DNA from: a virus | IMG/VR virus record: IMGVR_UViG_3300005611_000041 | Strand: one strand, 5' to 3' | DNA length: 51,354 nucleotides | Part shown: in pieces, positions 33,981-42,431 of the stretch | Layout of the letters: each line of letters starts with the position of its first letter | Position numbering within the stretch: position 1 is the stretch's first letter | Translations under genes and position numbers: made by a program | Notes under the pieces: model-generated | What the model was told of the DNA's origin: nothing | The model's database searches: none | Seen by the model: only the letters and a program-made list of their open reading frames with translations

Positions 33981-34338
33981 GGGGCACTCTCGTTTTCTTT
34001 TGCTTGCTTGGCATAATAGCACCGCAGCCACGGCCTTGAACCATAACAGTTCCGCCCATGTTCATTTTCTTGGCCATGCTCTTGGCTATGGCGGTGCCAC
34101 GCTTACGCTCGTAACCGCTAAGCTTGCCGTCGTTGTTGAGATCGCTTTTTTCAGGGTCTAGCGTCACTTCGCCACCCGTCTTGCCTTTGTATTTGCCACC
34201 CATCCGCTTGTACTCCTGCACCATCCAACCATTTGCATAAGCGGACGGATATACATCGAATCTGGCTTCGGCTTTTGCCTTGGCCTTTTTATAAAGCGAT
34301 GGGTTGGCTACGTTTTTAGGTATGTTGTCGGAAGCCAT
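33973..34338 (-). CDS. Small basic protein with a YPSAYANGWMVQEYKRMGG motif (121 aa)
   Basis: ORF track. The motif is also known from small proteins of marine phages and giant viruses (memory). Confidence 0.55.
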   Translation of the reverse strand: MASDNIPKNVANPSLYKKAKAKAEARFDVYPSAYANGWMVQEYKRMGGKYKGKTGGEVTLDPEKSDLNNDGKLSGYERKRGTAIAKSMAKKMNMGGTVMVQGRGCGAIMPSKQKKTRVPRG

Positions 34339-35792
34339 TACAGTCCCCTTACGTTTATGCCTCGCATAATATCCTGCGTGTCTGGTATGAACCGACCAAC
34401 TCGGCCAGTCATCTGATTGCTTCGCATAGTCGCTGGGCGCGTACCGCCTCGACCTTGGTAATTGTCAAAATAACCCATCTGATCGGCGCGACCATCGGAC
34501 ACGTTCATGGCTGCTGCTGAGCCGCCGCCGTAAGGATTAAATCCAGCCGCTTCCGACGCTGATGGGCCAAACCCATAAGCGTCCATTTCTGGCTCAACGC
34601 TTACACCTTGCTGGCCCTCTGCGGAGCCGACCGTGATTGGCGGCGCTGTGGTTGCAGGTGGCGGCTGCTGGCTCTGCATCTGAGCCATGATGTCATCAGT
34701 AATCTGCTGACGCAGAGCCTCTGTGTCTACCTGTTGAGGTATTTCGCCACGCAGCGCCTCTATTTGCGCCTGAATTGGGTTCACAGCAGCGGAGATTGCT
34801 TCTTGCCTTTGCTGAGATATCGGGTTGATCGCTGCGGCTAAATCGTCTTGCGTCAAGCCAGCGGCTTGTAAAGCGTCAATGCGCGAAGCCAGCTCTGCTC
34901 TCTGTCCTGTAGCCGAATCCACCGCCTGCTGAAACTGAGCTGTTTGGTCATTCACAGAAGCAAGCTGTGACTGAATTGCATCTATCGGCAAGGCACCAAG
35001 ATTGTCTGCCAAACCGCCGATTTGTTGTTCCAAGCCAGCGATCAAGTTCGCGGTTTCATTCCTAATCGTTTCAGACTGGGCTGCGTTACCAGACTCTACG
35101 TCTGTATATAGTGTTTCGAGCTGCTGATTGAGCGCACTAATTTCGTTCTGGGTAGAGTCCGCAGAGGATTTTTGCAGCTCGCTGAGCTGTTCGTAGTTTT
35201 GATCGATTACGCTGTTGATGTCCGATAAATCGCCAGAAAGGGAAGCTATTCGCCCTTTCAAGTCTCCTATCAAAGAACCCTGACGGTCACTCAAGTCGCC
35301 AATCGCAGCCTCTTGAGCCCGACGAACCAGTCTGTCGCCTTCTTCTATTTGACGAGCCAGAGCCGCTCTTTCATCTAAACCGGCTTGGCGCAGATCGAGG
35401 GTCTCAGCGTCAACCTCTTTTTGCATGTCCGCAATACGGCCTTCGAGCGCCTTCGTAATATCAGAGCGTTGCGCCAATGCAGCGTCTTCTGAGGTAGATA
35501 GCTCTTGACGCAACAAGTCTCGCAGACTGTCAATCTCGGCTTGACGAGCAGCGGTAGCGGCTTCATCAGCGGCTCGCTGCTCTTCCATAATCCGCTCATA
35601 CTGGCTTGCCAGCATGTCTTCAGTGTCTGGGGTAATAGCTTCCAAAGTACGCAGGGTGGGCGCTGCTGGCGCTTCCCTTGGCCCTCTGTCGTAAACGGGC
35701 TGCTGCATCAAATACCGATCTAAAGCTGAGTATGGCGAAGCTGAGCTTCCGTACTCGTCTAACGCAGCCTGTAGGTCATTGGATTCAGCCAT
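34338..35792 (-). CDS. Coiled-coil structural protein (484 aa) ending IMRGINVRGL
   Basis: ORF track. Long heptad-like A/Q/E/L-rich sequence. Confidence 0.55.
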   Translation of the reverse strand: MAESNDLQAALDEYGSSASPYSALDRYLMQQPVYDRGPREAPAAPTLRTLEAITPDTEDMLASQYERIMEEQRAADEAATAARQAEIDSLRDLLRQELSTSEDAALAQRSDITKALEGRIADMQKEVDAETLDLRQAGLDERAALARQIEEGDRLVRRAQEAAIGDLSDRQGSLIGDLKGRIASLSGDLSDINSVIDQNYEQLSELQKSSADSTQNEISALNQQLETLYTDVESGNAAQSETIRNETANLIAGLEQQIGGLADNLGALPIDAIQSQLASVNDQTAQFQQAVDSATGQRAELASRIDALQAAGLTQDDLAAAINPISQQRQEAISAAVNPIQAQIEALRGEIPQQVDTEALRQQITDDIMAQMQSQQPPPATTAPPITVGSAEGQQGVSVEPEMDAYGFGPSASEAAGFNPYGGGSAAAMNVSDGRADQMGYFDNYQGRGGTRPATMRSNQMTGRVGRFIPDTQDIMRGINVRGL

Positions 35793-36832
35793 TACATTCC
35801 AATCCCGCGCACGTTAATGCCTTGCATAACTTGTCTGCGAATCTCTTCCATATCTGGGCGACCCATGCCTTTCGTCAACAAGCTTCTGCCCATCGGCTTG
35901 ACTCTTCGATCTTGTGGAATCTTATCGGCTAAACCAGCAAAAATACGTTGCTCCCTTCTATCCTGCGGGATGCTCCTGCTTAGCTGAGAAAACAAACCTC
36001 CACGGGGTCTTTGTCTTTGTTGCATGGGGGGCGCTTCTTGTCTTTGTTCAATTTGCTGTTGAAGCCTTCCAATCATACCGCCAAGGTCAAGTGGGCCTCC
36101 ACGGGGTGTAGGCGTCGGTCTAGGTCGAGCGCCACCCATTTGCTTCTGCCTAAGCGCCTCTTGAAGCTGCTGCATCATGTCTGGCATTTGTGGTGGCAGC
36201 TTGGGTTGTAAGCCGATAGCTTCATTTTCTATAGCCTTCAGACCTTCTTGACGAATTCTTAGGCGCTCTTCAACTGGCAACGCAGCAAACTCCATAAAGC
36301 TCATGTTGCCCATGAGCCTTGGGTCTGGCCCTCGCTCTATCGGAGAGATTTGTATATCACCCATGCCAAGGTTTTGGTTGAAAGCGTTGGCAGCCATGCC
36401 AAGGTTTTGGGTCGGTGGCGGCGGCATCCGCTTCAATTGGCCTTGAAGCGCCTCAAGTAAACCGCCGATACCGCCCTGCATCGGATTTTGGGGAGCCATG
36501 CGCCGTGTAAGTGAGCCAGTCTGGTCAGGTGAAATGCCTAAATTTTCCAGTGTAAAATTTGCTCGCTTTGCATTTCTTTCGTCCTGCAAATTTTTCATGT
36601 ACGCATTAAGCTCAGATTCCCTTTGAGGACTCCCAAAAGGCGCGTCAGATGCAAAACCTGACGTATCAATCGCATAATTACCGTATTCTGAGGAGCCAGA
36701 AAGCTGGTCTAATCTTTCTATTTGAGCGTCGGTTAAAGGCTGGCCGTACTTGTCTTCGTACTCCATCGCCAAGCTGTCAATTTTGGAATCACCAGTCTTA
36801 CGACCAGCGTCGGTCATGAACATTACAGTCAT
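35792..36832 (-). CDS. Q/P/R/M-rich structural protein (346 aa) ending VMQGINVRGIGM
   Basis: ORF track. TAATG coupling to the next gene. Confidence 0.55.
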   Translation of the reverse strand: MTVMFMTDAGRKTGDSKIDSLAMEYEDKYGQPLTDAQIERLDQLSGSSEYGNYAIDTSGFASDAPFGSPQRESELNAYMKNLQDERNAKRANFTLENLGISPDQTGSLTRRMAPQNPMQGGIGGLLEALQGQLKRMPPPPTQNLGMAANAFNQNLGMGDIQISPIERGPDPRLMGNMSFMEFAALPVEERLRIRQEGLKAIENEAIGLQPKLPPQMPDMMQQLQEALRQKQMGGARPRPTPTPRGGPLDLGGMIGRLQQQIEQRQEAPPMQQRQRPRGGLFSQLSRSIPQDRREQRIFAGLADKIPQDRRVKPMGRSLLTKGMGRPDMEEIRRQVMQGINVRGIGM

Positions 36833-36838
36833 ATCAAA

Positions 36839-37132
36839 TCACCAATTTTTGCACGACCAATAGGAAGCCGCGAATACGTCCTTCTTCTTCTGAACCGCAT
36901 CGCAGTTGTGGCGAGCACGAAAGTTGCGCCGACGCTCTGGGTTGTCGCGCTTGATCTCCATATTCGGATCACCGTAACGCACAATCTTTACCTGATCGCC
37001 CTTTTTGGCTAGAACCGCGAACTTCTTGTTCTCGCCGGGTGTTCTTTTTTGTTGGTTATAGCCGGGGAAAGACTCACCTCGATAGATGAGTCTGCCCGAC
37101 TTCGTTCTCTTTACGTCGCTCGTGTCAGCCAT
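36839..37132 (-). CDS. Small basic protein with an RRNFRARHNC...YWSCKNW motif (97 aa)
   Basis: ORF track. The motif is known from phage and giant-virus small proteins (memory). Confidence 0.55.
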   Translation of the reverse strand: MADTSDVKRTKSGRLIYRGESFPGYNQQKRTPGENKKFAVLAKKGDQVKIVRYGDPNMEIKRDNPERRRNFRARHNCDAVQKKKDVFAASYWSCKNW

Positions 37133-37536
37133 TAGCCGTAAGTCTTCAACACTTCGAGGATTACAGTATAGGTGTCAGTACTGCTTGCGCCAATCGTCGT
37201 GAAATTCACGTCACCCGTCTTCCCGTCACCCGCGTTATTGGGGATGCCAGAAAAATCAGAGTAATCGTGAAAGCCATTCGAGTCAGGCGAAAGACCAATG
37301 ATCAACGTGTCTGCTGTTGCGTCGTTAAGCAATTCAACGCCCATGCCGACGCACTGCCACCAAATCTTGGCGACAGCTACTTCTGTGCAAGCCTTGCCTG
37401 CACTATTCGCAGTCAATGCGCTCACGTCAATCTTGGTTACAGCAGATTCACCCGTGCCATCGCTGATATTGGTGAATTTTAGGATGGCTTTGCGCTCGCC
37501 ATCCTGAATCGTTTGGCTTGTCACTGCATCTGCCAT
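37132..37536 (-). CDS. Beta-rich small virion protein (134 aa)
   Basis: ORF track. The assignment rests on position. Confidence 0.5.
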   Translation of the reverse strand: MADAVTSQTIQDGERKAILKFTNISDGTGESAVTKIDVSALTANSAGKACTEVAVAKIWWQCVGMGVELLNDATADTLIIGLSPDSNGFHDYSDFSGIPNNAGDGKTGDVNFTTIGASSTDTYTVILEVLKTYG

Positions 37537-37558
37537 TGCCTATCTCCTGTTTTGTGGA

Positions 37559-38068
37559 TTAAGCGTCAGCAAAAGGCGTAACAATCGTTCCTGAACCAAG
37601 CAACAAAGTGTTGTGAACAAGGTAGCTTATAGAGTCGATTGCAGTTACCTGAATGACACTGCCGACCAAACCGCCTTTGGTAGATCCGTTGAATGTCATT
37701 ACGTCATTGTCAGCAGCGGGGAAGAAAGCTTTCTTCGCGCCATCATCCACAGCAACCATCGCTGCACCCTTGAACTTGTCGGTGCCGTCAGTCTTGATAT
37801 CCAAGTCAGTGGCTGCGGTTTCAATGTAGAAAAAGAAAGACGCGCCGATGTTGTTGCCTTGGTTTGGCGACGTTGGATCTGCGGGTGTGGTTGCATCGAT
37901 TGTTGGCAAAGTGAACTTGCCGTCTGCATCGTTGAGCAGAATGATCTTGCCAGCATGAGTCGCCACGTTAAGCGTGGTGTCTGCTGTCAAGCTGATGCTG
38001 CTGTTTACGCCTGCGGTGATGAAGCCGCCCAGCGATCTGACTGGGCCTGAAAATGTTGTCTGTGACAT
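37559..38068 (-). CDS. Beta-rich virion protein (169 aa)
   Basis: ORF track. First gene after the non-coding gap at 38069-38185. Confidence 0.5.
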   Translation of the reverse strand: MSQTTFSGPVRSLGGFITAGVNSSISLTADTTLNVATHAGKIILLNDADGKFTLPTIDATTPADPTSPNQGNNIGASFFFYIETAATDLDIKTDGTDKFKGAAMVAVDDGAKKAFFPAADNDVMTFNGSTKGGLVGSVIQVTAIDSISYLVHNTLLLGSGTIVTPFADA

Positions 38069-38185
38069 GGTATTACCTCTTACGAAAGGATTCGCCCCAG
38101 AGTCTTCGTAACGTCTGCTGAGCCAGTCGCTGGGGCTGGGTTTATCTCAGAGCCTCAGTGTATGCCAACGATCTACCAAAAAAAA

Positions 38186-38247
38186 GTTCATTTATTTGCA
38201 CTTTTATCTGTATACATAGTTGCACATGGACACGGGATCTGTATAAT
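38186..38247 (+). promoter_or_regulatory. Early promoter cassette copy on the plus strand (TTGCAC at 38220-38225, N16, TATAAT at 38242-38247; GGACACGG at 38228-38235; TGTATACA at 38209-38216)
   Basis: Same cassette as in the early cluster, but located inside the late structural region. Confidence 0.6.
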
Positions 38248-38272
38248 TAGGGCCATAACAACGGAGATCGAC

Positions 38273-38566
38273 ATGACTAACAGCAAAACTATCGACCAAA
38301 TCATTGCAAAAGTTGTAGCAAACCTCGAAGCCGAGAAAGACTTGCTCAAGCAATTTAGCTTCAAGAAAGGGTCTTGGTACACAGGCTATGAAGTCAAGGC
38401 AAACGGATATTTTGAAGGCTTGGATTTCTGGATGGTGCGCTTCGAGAAAGTTGGGGCAGGCTGGGTAGCCTTCCCAATATCTGAGCGCCAAGTCACCGAG
38501 CCAAAACGGTTCGGGACACTGCATGAAGCCAAAATCAAAATCCTAAAAAACGCAGAGGCCGCGTAA
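38273..38566 (+). CDS. Hypothetical moron protein (97 aa)
   Basis: AACGGAGATCGAC ATG start. ORF-track entry 38162..38566 trimmed. Confidence 0.55.
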   Translation: MTNSKTIDQIIAKVVANLEAEKDLLKQFSFKKGSWYTGYEVKANGYFEGLDFWMVRFEKVGAGWVAFPISERQVTEPKRFGTLHEAKIKILKNAEAA

Positions 38567-38571
38567 GCGGC
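38558..38571 (+). other. Hairpin GCCGC-GTAA-GCGGC with the stop codon in its loop
   Basis: Read directly. The SD of the next gene (GAGGAGA) follows. Confidence 0.55.
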
Positions 38572-38582
38572 GAGGAGAAAAC

Positions 38583-38834
38583 ATGGCTATAACAAACAAC
38601 GCGACTAGCGAAGTCGAGTATGAAGGACGGGTTTTGGCTGTTCGAGGGATCACCAGAATGGATATGTTCTGGGATGAGGTCGAGGTGATACTCGACGATG
38701 GAAGCCTCAAAACGATCATGCTTGGTGGGCCGTCTGATGAACGCTTCGCTAAAGTTGATGCGACAGACGAATTGATCGAGAAGCACCATGCTTACGTTCG
38801 TCAACGAGAGACGCGGCGGAAGGGAGCCGCATAA
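38583..38834 (+). CDS. Hypothetical moron protein (83 aa)
   Basis: ORF track with a GAGGAGAAAAC ATG start. Confidence 0.55.
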   Translation: MAITNNATSEVEYEGRVLAVRGITRMDMFWDEVEVILDDGSLKTIMLGGPSDERFAKVDATDELIEKHHAYVRQRETRRKGAA

Positions 38835-38839
38835 GCGGC
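38826..38839 (+). other. Hairpin GCCGC-ATAA-GCGGC with the stop codon in its loop
   Basis: Read directly. Confidence 0.55.
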
Positions 38840-38841
38840 AC

Positions 38842-38873
38842 AAAAAAAGGGGGCATAAGCCCCCTTTCTTTTT
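38842..38873. terminator. Bidirectional rho-independent terminator A7-GGGGGC-ATAA-GCCCCC-TTTCTTTTT
   Basis: Lies between the convergent moron and the major capsid gene. Confidence 0.75.
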
Positions 38874-38882
38874 GCTTGGTAT

Positions 38883-39800
38883 CTACGCGCCTTGTGAGCC
38901 GTAGATGCCGCGCCAGTCACTAAAGCCGAAGCTGTAACGCTCACGGGCCTTGTAACGGATGTTGCCAGTCGTAAAGTCTGGCTCCATCGTGGTTTCCATC
39001 GCAGTACGCTGGAACATCTTCAAGCCTTCGCCAGCGTCAGTAACGCTAGTTAGCAGGAAGAAGGCGTCAGGGTCAGTCAGGTAATGATTGACCGTGTAGC
39101 CACCGGGCAATACACCCGTGTTGCGTACAGCGTTGATGTCGTTATCGGCAGTACCAGAACGCAAAGTTGAGTTCAGGATACGGTCAGCAACAAACACTAA
39201 CTGAGGTGGAACAACCAGCTTGGTGGCTTGAACAGAGATCGTTAGACCCTTGTCATCGGTAAACGTGCTGATGTCGATCAGCGCATCTTCCAAAGACGTT
39301 TCGTTCAAGTCAGCCATTGATGTCGCACGGTTTGCAGCAGTGCCGCCACCCGCTAGAGGGTGTGCCGTGTTGATCAATGTTACGCCGTCACCGCCAGTGA
39401 AGTTGGTGTCAAACGCATTGTTCAATACGTCAGCGCCTTTTACTTCCTTGGTGTTAGCCATAGATCGGGCCAAAGCCTTCACATATCGCTTGCCCAGTGA
39501 GTCGTAAAGGTTGTCCTCTACGGCTTCATCGGTCAAAGCGAAAGCCAACGCAACGGTGTCGTGCGTGTAACGAGCGGTATAAGACTCAGAAGCGTTGTCG
39601 AATTGTACGCCTTGGCCTTCAGTTTTAGTCGGTGCTCCACCGAAACCAGTGATCAAAACCTCTTCTTCAAAGGCTCGCTGTGAGTCTTCGATAGCAAAGA
39701 TTTCTTCGTACTCGCGGTCATATGAGTCGTAGCTCATGCCGAAAAGCGAGTTCAGACCCGGCTCTAGCTCTTTAGCTAGTTGTGCTCTTGAAATAGCCAT
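38883..39800 (-). CDS. Major capsid protein (305 aa, HK97-fold type expected)
   Basis: Position after the scaffold and decoration-like genes. N-terminus LAKELEPGLNSLFGMSYDSY..YEEIF....AFEEEV..TGFGGAPTKTEGQGV is typical of a podovirus MCP family (memory). Strong terminator downstream. Confidence 0.7.
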   Translation of the reverse strand: MAISRAQLAKELEPGLNSLFGMSYDSYDREYEEIFAIEDSQRAFEEEVLITGFGGAPTKTEGQGVQFDNASESYTARYTHDTVALAFALTDEAVEDNLYDSLGKRYVKALARSMANTKEVKGADVLNNAFDTNFTGGDGVTLINTAHPLAGGGTAANRATSMADLNETSLEDALIDISTFTDDKGLTISVQATKLVVPPQLVFVADRILNSTLRSGTADNDINAVRNTGVLPGGYTVNHYLTDPDAFFLLTSVTDAGEGLKMFQRTAMETTMEPDFTTGNIRYKARERYSFGFSDWRGIYGSQGA

Positions 39801-39811
39801 TATTTAACTCC

Positions 39812-40396
39812 CTATGCTAAGCCAGCGCCTTTAACGCCGAAGATTGAGTTTTGAATGACCACCAACACGTTAGTGTTCGCCGATGCAACGTCATCGTTGT
39901 TCGGGTCTTGCGAGATGTCAATCGCCTTGATTGGCAGGGTCGTTGCTGTCGCACCAGTGGTTACGTCCAGCTCAGCTCCCGAAATGCCAGTTTGTGTGCT
40001 GCCAGCACTGGTGTACACGATATCGAAGTTGCCGAAAAGATCAGCGACTGGGAATGTGTCATCAGCCTGCACTTCGTAAACAACATTCGGATCATCAATG
40101 ATGAAAGCGATGATGTCTGAAGCGTTGGTGCTTGCAGGGTAGTAGTTGCTGAACACCTGCTCCCCACTGGTGGGATCGGTGAATTGGCAACCGTTAAATA
40201 CACCAACGATAGGCACAGTGCCTCCGTCAGCGTGAACTTCCACCGTACCGCCAGTGACTTGAGCGACCATATCGCCTTGAAAAATGGATGTTCCATAGTT
40301 CGCAGCAATACGATATCGACTTGAGCCACCAGAATAAGGTGCGCCACCGATCATTCTGACCGGCTTCATTCCAAATGCAGCGTCTTTATTCGCCAT
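39812..40396 (-). CDS. Decoration/cement-like head protein (194 aa)
   Basis: Beta-rich and immediately upstream of the MCP, as in lambda D-E or BPP-1 cement-MCP order. Positional inference. Confidence 0.4.
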   Translation of the reverse strand: MANKDAAFGMKPVRMIGGAPYSGGSSRYRIAANYGTSIFQGDMVAQVTGGTVEVHADGGTVPIVGVFNGCQFTDPTSGEQVFSNYYPASTNASDIIAFIIDDPNVVYEVQADDTFPVADLFGNFDIVYTSAGSTQTGISGAELDVTTGATATTLPIKAIDISQDPNNDDVASANTNVLVVIQNSIFGVKGAGLA

Positions 40397-40408
40397 TTGT
40401 AATTACCT

Positions 40409-40882
40409 CTATCTACGTCCAAATGTGACGTTGCTATCGCGTTGAGGATCGTATTTAACATAACGGCTATCACCACGGGTCTCGTTGAACATGGTGTTGT
40501 CCAACGCATCAGTGGCCTCTTTGCTTTTAGCCTGATAATAGGCTCTCCGCTCTTCAACCGTCTCGTTAGGGATCTTCGCTAATAGCAACCCTTCGTTGTA
40601 AACCACGCCTTCGTGCCGCCCATTGTCCATAGTCGGTAAAGAACGCCATTCTTCAGGAAGATCAGTCCCTCTTACGAGTTCCCACCCTTCCCTAATTCGA
40701 CGCGAGACATTAGCTCGATCTTCTTGTCCCAACATAGATTCCCTTATCCACCGATAGGTATAACCCGGCGGTGGTGTGGGAGTCTCCAATGAGCGAACAG
40801 GTCGCCATGGTTTTCTGCGAGTCTGATTATCGTGTGACTGCGAATCACGGGATGAACGTGCGCTTGCTTTTGTTTCCGCCAT
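40409..40882 (-). CDS. Hypothetical head-module protein (157 aa; alternative start at 40906)
   Basis: Basic N-terminus, then PPGYTYRWIRESML...IREGWELV. The ATG at 40882 follows the scaffold stop and has a GAGAGG SD. Confidence 0.5.
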   Translation of the reverse strand: MAETKASARSSRDSQSHDNQTRRKPWRPVRSLETPTPPPGYTYRWIRESMLGQEDRANVSRRIREGWELVRGTDLPEEWRSLPTMDNGRHEGVVYNEGLLLAKIPNETVEERRAYYQAKSKEATDALDNTMFNETRGDSRYVKYDPQRDSNVTFGRR

Positions 40883-40883
40883 T

Positions 40884-41831
40884 TTAGCTTGCCTCTCTTG
40901 CTGCAATTTTTTGCTTCTCTTTGGCTACTCGCTGAAGCCATGCCTCTTCAGACATATTGTGCGGCTTGAGACCTCTGAGACGCTCTAGTTCTGACTTAGA
41001 AAAGCTCACGCCATTCTTTTTGCCTTGTGTTTTTGACCGACCTCCTTGGGAGGCGGAAGCGACTCTTTGCACAGCGGGTCTGCTTCCACTTTGAACGGTC
41101 TTAGATCCACTTTTAGCGGATTTCGTGTGAGGATAAACCGTACCTACACGGCTGTCCAACTCCTCGTAATACTCATCTGAGCCAACATCATAGCCCTCGT
41201 TGGCTAGGTTGTAGTGGACGTAGTAGGCGTACTGAGTCGCCTTCATATCGTCCTCATCGTCTTTGTTGGCGTACCAAGGGTTGCGCTCATGCCATTCTAA
41301 AGCATCTTCTGTCGGCTGAACCTCTTGTTCAGCCTGCTGGTATTGTTCCTGCTGCACAAACTGCTCATTGCCTTGCGACACATACGCCTGCTCTTGCACT
41401 GCGGCCTGCTGTCTGGCCTTGGCTACACGCAGCTTTTCTTTTTGAATAGATATGTCGCTCTGGAGCTTTGCCGCCTTTGTTATAAGGTCTGAATCGCCAC
41501 TCTCAACAGCCTTGCGATACACGTCATCAATTTGAGACTCCTTCGATACCAAAGCCTCTTCTTCTTTCGCCAAGACTTGATTTGACTGCTGAGCCGAATA
41601 CTGCCGGTACTGCTGAAGCTCTGCCTCTTTCTGCAAAGCAATCTGCTCAAGCTGCTGCGCTCGCTGTTCTGCCTCGCGGTGCTTAGCATTCAGCTTGTTG
41701 ATGCGCTTAGAAACCGATTTGGTGTAATTCTCAAGCTCGTCGCCAGAATCAGTGGTTTCTACTGGGTCTTCTGTGACCTCAATAGAGACCTGCTCTTCTT
41801 CGACTTGCTGGGCGTTTTGGTTCTCAATCAT
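40884..41831 (-). CDS. Scaffolding protein (315 aa)
   Basis: Acidic, Q/E/K-rich coiled-coil sequence located between the portal and MCP genes. Confidence 0.6.
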   Translation of the reverse strand: MIENQNAQQVEEEQVSIEVTEDPVETTDSGDELENYTKSVSKRINKLNAKHREAEQRAQQLEQIALQKEAELQQYRQYSAQQSNQVLAKEEEALVSKESQIDDVYRKAVESGDSDLITKAAKLQSDISIQKEKLRVAKARQQAAVQEQAYVSQGNEQFVQQEQYQQAEQEVQPTEDALEWHERNPWYANKDDEDDMKATQYAYYVHYNLANEGYDVGSDEYYEELDSRVGTVYPHTKSAKSGSKTVQSGSRPAVQRVASASQGGRSKTQGKKNGVSFSKSELERLRGLKPHNMSEEAWLQRVAKEKQKIAAREAS

Positions 41832-42247
41832 GTGAAACTCACTATGTCATCTGGGTTAAGAATTGTGCCAATAACCTCATCATCATTGATGATCCTGACC
41901 TCGCCACCGTCTTCTAACTTGAATCGAGCGCCAGAGTAACGACCGATCAGAACCCATTGCTTTTCTTGGCACCAAGGCGTGTCGCCAAACTTTTCCGTGT
42001 CGCCGTAGCAAAGTGGCCCCATTTTTACAACATATGCCACAACCGTGGCAAGTGCCTCACGGTCTACAGTCTCTTTCAATAGGTGAATACCGCCATCAGA
42101 CTGAGCTTTGCCCTTGTAAGGCAGCACCAACATGCGCCAACCCGTAGGGTCTGGCATACGCTCTAAAGCAGATTTATCAAGCAAGGTGGGGTCAAGAACG
42201 CGCTCAGTGCTTGCAACGTAAGCGGATTCCGTAGTCGGGGTAGTCAA
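41828..42247 (-). CDS. GroES/Cpn10-like protein (139 aa)
   Basis: WRMLVLP...SDGGIHLL...VVAYVVKMGP...KQWVLIGRYSGARFKLEDGGEVRIINDDEVIGTI parallels the Cpn10 pattern. Confidence 0.45.
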   Translation of the reverse strand: MTTPTTESAYVASTERVLDPTLLDKSALERMPDPTGWRMLVLPYKGKAQSDGGIHLLKETVDREALATVVAYVVKMGPLCYGDTEKFGDTPWCQEKQWVLIGRYSGARFKLEDGGEVRIINDDEVIGTILNPDDIVSFT

Positions 42248-42248
42248 T

Positions 42249-42431
42249 TTAGATTTCCTTATAGAACTCTTTAATGGTTTCCTCGACCAAGTTTATAACA
42301 GTTAGCTCGCCCTGCAAACTTTTATAATGTTCTATATCTTTGAGCATACCGTCCATCATGACCTCACGGATCAATTCCTTCCGCTCAGCCATGACTCGCT
42401 TCAAGCGCGACCCAAGATCAATATCATCCAC
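42249..42431 (-). CDS. Hypothetical protein (60 aa, GTG start)
   Basis: ORF track. TAGTG overlap with the upstream ORF. Confidence 0.4.
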   Translation of the reverse strand: MDDIDLGSRLKRVMAERKELIREVMMDGMLKDIEHYKSLQGELTVINLVEETIKEFYKEI

